Origin: Fistulifera solaris | Taxonomy: Eukaryota | Direction of reading: 5' to 3' | Length of the DNA: 64,000 nt | Assembly (NCBI GenBank): GCA_030295235.1 | Contig: AP026144.1 | Location: forward strand, 310,001-374,000 | Shown here: piece after piece, positions 59,647 to 64,000 of the stretch | Layout: each line of letters starts with the position of its first letter | Numbering within the stretch: position 1 is the first letter of the stretch | Notes under the pieces: generated by a model | The model's database searches: none | What the model saw: the letters and a program-made list of their open reading frames with translations, nothing else | Told to the model about the DNA's origin: nothing | Translations under genes and position numbers: made by a program

Positions 59647-60801
59647 TCATCCTTTGTGAAGGTTCTTTTCGAAAAAGAGTCGCGCATCCACTTCACAAAT
59701 CCCCAAGTTCTCTGCGGACTTTTTCCAATAATCTTTTCCTGTTCCTACATTCACGGATTTCGTTCGTTTCAAATGAATGAGTCGATCACGTACATCATCG
59801 GGGATGGACTGGCAACGACCACCTTCGAAATGATTCTTCGACATGTTCTGAGCGGCTTGGTAAATCCCCTCCAAAGTCGCTGGATAATACACCGAACCCC
59901 GGGGACGGGCGTCGTACGGGACTTTGGCACAATGCACGCACATCACTCCGACCTGCCGGGCCGTAATCGGTTTGTTGCGTCCTTGCACTTTGCCTCCTTT
60001 GCGGGCACGTTCCGTTTCGACGTACACAATTTGTTGTCGTAAATAGGATTGGTATGCCGATAAGACGTGTCTTTCGTCTTCGGAAAAGACGGGTATTATG
60101 GAATCGCCTTCGCGGCAGGTTTTGGGTATTCTGCAATCGATTTGTTTGGGCGAAGGCTTTTTGTCCGGAAGAGAAGCAGACTGGATGGCGGGCGACGTGA
60201 CCGGCTTAGAAAACGGCGGTGCCGACCGAAGGCAGGCTCCTGAATCCCCGGTTAGAAATTGAGAAGCAGTGGGAAGAGATCGAAAGGACGCTGCAGCATT
60301 TGGTACTTCCAAGATATTGTTGCATCGTAAGGATAACTCGCGCAAGGAGTTGTTTTGTCCCGACAAGATGTATCGAAGCAGCTCGTTGGGGAGTGCAGCC
60401 GACGACAGCGAATTCTCTAAAGGTATAGTTTGACGAGTGTTCAACAAGTGTTGCGCAGCAATATTCGCGTGTGAGTTGGCGTTCAGCAGATTCAGCAGGG
60501 TGAGATCCGAGGGTGCCAAGAGATTCGAGCTGGGGACCGTGTTCAAGAGCATAGATTGCCACGGCACATGCAATTGATCTACGGCAGTATTGTTTGCTAA
60601 GAGAAGCCGTAACAATAAAGTTTGAACCAAACCGCGTTCGCCGCTATCAGAGGCTTGATTTTGATTCATCGAATGATGTGAAGCATGTAAAGTAGCATCG
60701 TCCATGAGATCCAGCAACCCTGATACATTCATTGAAGGCAAAGAAGACGACTGTTGACTTCCCGTCCTATTGTTATAGTAAGGATTATTTGAATCCGTCA
60801 T
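59647..60801 (-). CDS. Diatom-type protein with a low-complexity N-terminus and a conserved C-terminal putative Zn/DNA-binding domain
   Basis: LSAYQSYLRQQI, GRNKPI..RQVGVMCVHC, GSVYYP..L.GIYQAAQNM..NH...C and GKDYW..SA..LG. Confidence 0.7.
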   Translation of the reverse strand: MTDSNNPYYNNRTGSQQSSSLPSMNVSGLLDLMDDATLHASHHSMNQNQASDSGERGLVQTLLLRLLLANNTAVDQLHVPWQSMLLNTVPSSNLLAPSDLTLLNLLNANSHANIAAQHLLNTRQTIPLENSLSSAALPNELLRYILSGQNNSLRELSLRCNNILEVPNAAASFRSLPTASQFLTGDSGACLRSAPPFSKPVTSPAIQSASLPDKKPSPKQIDCRIPKTCREGDSIIPVFSEDERHVLSAYQSYLRQQIVYVETERARKGGKVQGRNKPITARQVGVMCVHCAKVPYDARPRGSVYYPATLEGIYQAAQNMSKNHFEGGRCQSIPDDVRDRLIHLKRTKSVNVGTGKDYWKKSAENLGICEVDARLFFEKNLHKG

Positions 60802-61884
60802 GGCGCGATTGTTACAAATGGTTATTGTTTTGAATCCAGGCGTAACGTCTTGTAAAAAATCCGAAGGTTTTTCGCAATACGCAGCTGTAATTTGCCGAAG
60901 GCGAAACGTTGCCAAGGACCGGAACAAGGCTCTTTCGTGGGTTGCAGTTTTTCTTTTTTGCAGATAATGGAAATGACACTGGAACTTTGTGCTCTCCATG
61001 GAAGAGTATCAAATAATCCGCGCTCCCACAGCCACAGGCTCTTCCTGCTGCAACGATGAAGACATTTTACATTGTTGTCTTTAATCGCGTTACGACAAAA
61101 GTCAGATTCATTTTCTATGAAAAGAAACTCTTTTGGACTAAAACATCTTAGGTATAGATGTGAAGGATAATCGTGAAGCAAGTTTCTAAATCCAAAAGAG
61201 CGAAGACTAAAGACGGATTCAATTACTATAGACGTACACCGTTTCTACGGTCACGGAACTGGATAGGGACTAGAGAGGGACGTTACACAGGCTTCTCGAT
61301 TTACAGAGGAGATAAGTGATAAGTACAGCAGCCAATTTTCCAACGGTCTACGGTGGGCAATTCAAATGCTCTAACCCTCTCCTTTTTGTTTTTACTATGC
61401 CCTCGGCCCAACGCCTATCACACGCAGAAACGGGACCGCCCACTATAGCAGTGGACTGCAAAGCTAATTTTTCCCACTATCACTATTGATTGCAGTTTGG
61501 ACTTTGGACCTGCTTCCGAAAGGTTCCGGCCATCTGTAATTCAGCTCTCTCCGCCAGTGCGACGAATGTCTGATGATTCTGGTTTGCACCGGGTTCTTTT
61601 GTTACTCGATTCTTGCTTTGTGCGAGCGTGCCGCGAAATTTATAGGGGCCTTTTTGGCTAAATTTGTTTTCGTAGAGGGCATTGAGTACATTATTAGCAA
61701 CAGCTATTTTTCTTGTATCTATGAATAAGTAGAGTTGGAGAAGGGTTTGCGGGCTTGCGTAGGTTGCAGAAAAGGTGCAGCGCATTGGCTTTGGCACACC
61801 AATAAAAACCCCACAAAATTTTCGACGAGCTGCTTTGCTCGTCGCTCAACAATAGTACCAGGTAACAACAACAGCTTTAGTGTG

Positions 61885-64000
61885 ATGACTGACGCGAACC
61901 GAAGCACCATGTCGCCTCCTATGCTAAGTATCCTATTGGTCGGCATCATCGCGCTGAAATCAAGCCCTTATCTGTCTGTGTTTGTGGTTCCGTTTGGTGT
62001 TACTGCGCTGTGTGTCTTCGCCTTTCTAGCGGGCGTCGTTGTCTTTGTGGACCGTTACACACGTAAAGAATTGCGTCAAAGTTGTGAGGCTACGGAGCAT
62101 CTATGTGAATTGTCAAAAGGCATTCCTCCGTCGGCGCAAAGTCTCGAAGACTTTGACAGAATCTCCAACGAGATGGGGCTTTCTGCGCTCTGGAAAAAAA
62201 GAAATTCAAGGAAACGAAAATGTCTTCAAGATTCTTCTCACCGGAGTCACCGGGTATGTCGGGAAAGCCTTCTTATTTCAACTGTTGCGAGAGATCGCTA
62301 ACGCTGAGAAGGATGCAAAGAAAAAGCTTCCTCACAAGGTCTACGTCATGGCGCGCGGCAACGCTCGCAAAAATCTCTCCGCGGCGACTCGGCTTTCGAT
62401 GATTCGCGACGAGCCAATGTTCGCTCCTTACAAGGAACAGTGGGATGCTATTGTCATGGCGGCCGAGTCGGGTGATTTGCAAGACGAAAACTGCGGCATG
62501 TCCAGCGAGACGCTTGACATGCTCAAAGCCGCCAAATTGACTCACATCGTTCACTGCGCTGCGGACGTGAACTTCAACCGCCCTATCCCCGAGGCCGCTG
62601 GAATGAATATTTCTCCAGCTCTCAAGCTGCAAAAATGTCCAAGGAATGGCCGACCTGCACTCGATTCGTTCATTGCTCCACTTGTTTCATCAACCCCGAG
62701 TGCGGCTCGGAAGACAATCCTCTTCCCGAACAGTTGTACTCGTTGGGCAAATACGATCCTCAAGACATTTATGATTCGATGCGCGGTGACCAAGAACTCG
62801 CTTTGAAGGTGAAGAAAGAATTTGACTTTCCCAACAACTACTGTTTCACGAAATGCGTTGCCGAGCATCTGGTGGCCCGCAACAACGACGACGAAAAGGT
62901 AGAGCTTCGAATTGTGCGTCCTGCCATTGTGGGACCTGCCTGGTTACTTCCTAAGCGAGGCTGGAACGGTGACAAACCCTCGACAATCTCGGGTGTATTT
63001 TTGCTTTGGGGAACGCGTGTCATTCGTTTCGCACCGGTCGTGACGTCTCCCATGCCGGTCATTCCGGTGGACGTGGTGGCTGCGTGCATCGTCAATGCCA
63101 TGGTCGCTCCATCTGTAAAAAAGGTCGCTGACAAGTACCCGCTCAGTGTAAGAAACATCATCTGGTCGCACAAGTCTCCAAAACAGTTCATGTCGGGCTT
63201 GCGGATGGCCAAGTCTGCCATTCATGCTGCCATGTCGATTGGTCATTTTACTACCACGGAAGCGTCAGTCTCCTACATGCTCTTGGACTTGGTTGTCAAA
63301 ATCCCGTTCTTGTTTAGCTTCCTCCATGCTGTATTCAACTTGGGACCCCTTTACCTGCTCAAGTTTGTGTGTTGGGTAGTGAAAACGGCAGGCATCAAGT
63401 CTGTCCTCGAAAAGGTCCCCGTCGTGCAACTATTTAAATTCTCGGATATGCTGAACTTGTACAAACCTTTCATGGGCCGCGTTTACAAATTTGCGAGTAC
63501 CATCGATGTGCCTGAAACGTTCGACAATGATTGCTACGTTGCTGGCCTAATTACGGCCACCCACTCCTTCTGGGTGAAAATGTTCCCAGGAACTGTGCAA
63601 GATCTCCGATTCCTTGAGTTGCTTCCCAAGGGCCGATTAGATTTCTGGTGGGCTATGACACAGCCGTCACAAACCTTCCAAAACAAGATGGTTGGTTTCT
63701 TGGCTTGCAAAATTCTACGAGCGACCTGCTCCAGTGCAGAGTTTGACTTTCACTCGGCGGACGAGGTGCTACACTTGATGGTACAATTGGAAAAGTCAAT
63801 GGCAAGCCAAAAGCACTCACTTTGCTTCGCTTCTACCCGCAAATCTGTTCTCGACTTCATTCTTGTCAAGTTTCTTGCCTTTAACTTGTCAGCCATGGGA
63901 TTTGACATCCCGACAGTGTTGTCCAAGACTGAGTTCGAGGATGCTGCCCTATCGAAAAAGCTCGATGTAGTATCACGGAACTACGATAGACATGCATCGG
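61885..64000 (+). CDS. Fatty acyl-CoA reductase fused to a GPAT/DHAPAT-like domain (FARAT-like); 3' end outside window; frameshifts near 62200 and 62635
   Basis: N-terminal TMs, ILLTGVTGYVGK, IVHCAADVNF, VHCSTCF, FPNNYCFTKCVAEHL, IVRPAIV and VIPVDVVA. The same frame continues to ASTRKSVLDFIL...GFDIP. Confidence 0.85.

Overview
Gene-dense eukaryotic nuclear DNA from a diatom, probably a raphid pennate. The evidence is short GT-AG introns, plastid presequences with Phe after the signal peptide, an Aureochrome 1a gene and silicanin-like genes. About 30 protein genes are present, including MiaB-like, SHAQK-type Myb, chlM, a mitochondrial carrier, NDUFAF8, RRP8, CDC40/PRP17, TRM5, two tandem silicanin-like genes, a CCR4-like EEP, AUREO1a, cofilin, ORMDL, a PAPS transporter, a DENN-WD40 protein, a SWIM-RING protein and a FAR-acyltransferase fusion. 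Many genes carry 1-bp frameshifts, mostly in homopolymer runs, which most likely reflect assembly errors. There are three kinds of mobile DNA. (1) A complete 6.7-kb Ty1/copia (CoDi-type) element lies about 600 bp upstream of AUREO1a; its nearly identical LTRs have reversed, non-canonical termini (5'-CAAGT...ACTTG-3'), it has a 4-bp TSD, and a chromo-shadow-like module follows the integrase. (2) A 631-bp non-autonomous hAT element has an 8-bp TSD. (3) Four copies of a ~79-bp hairpin MITE are present, two of which bracket a silicanin-like gene. All calls come from reading the sequence by eye; no searches were run.
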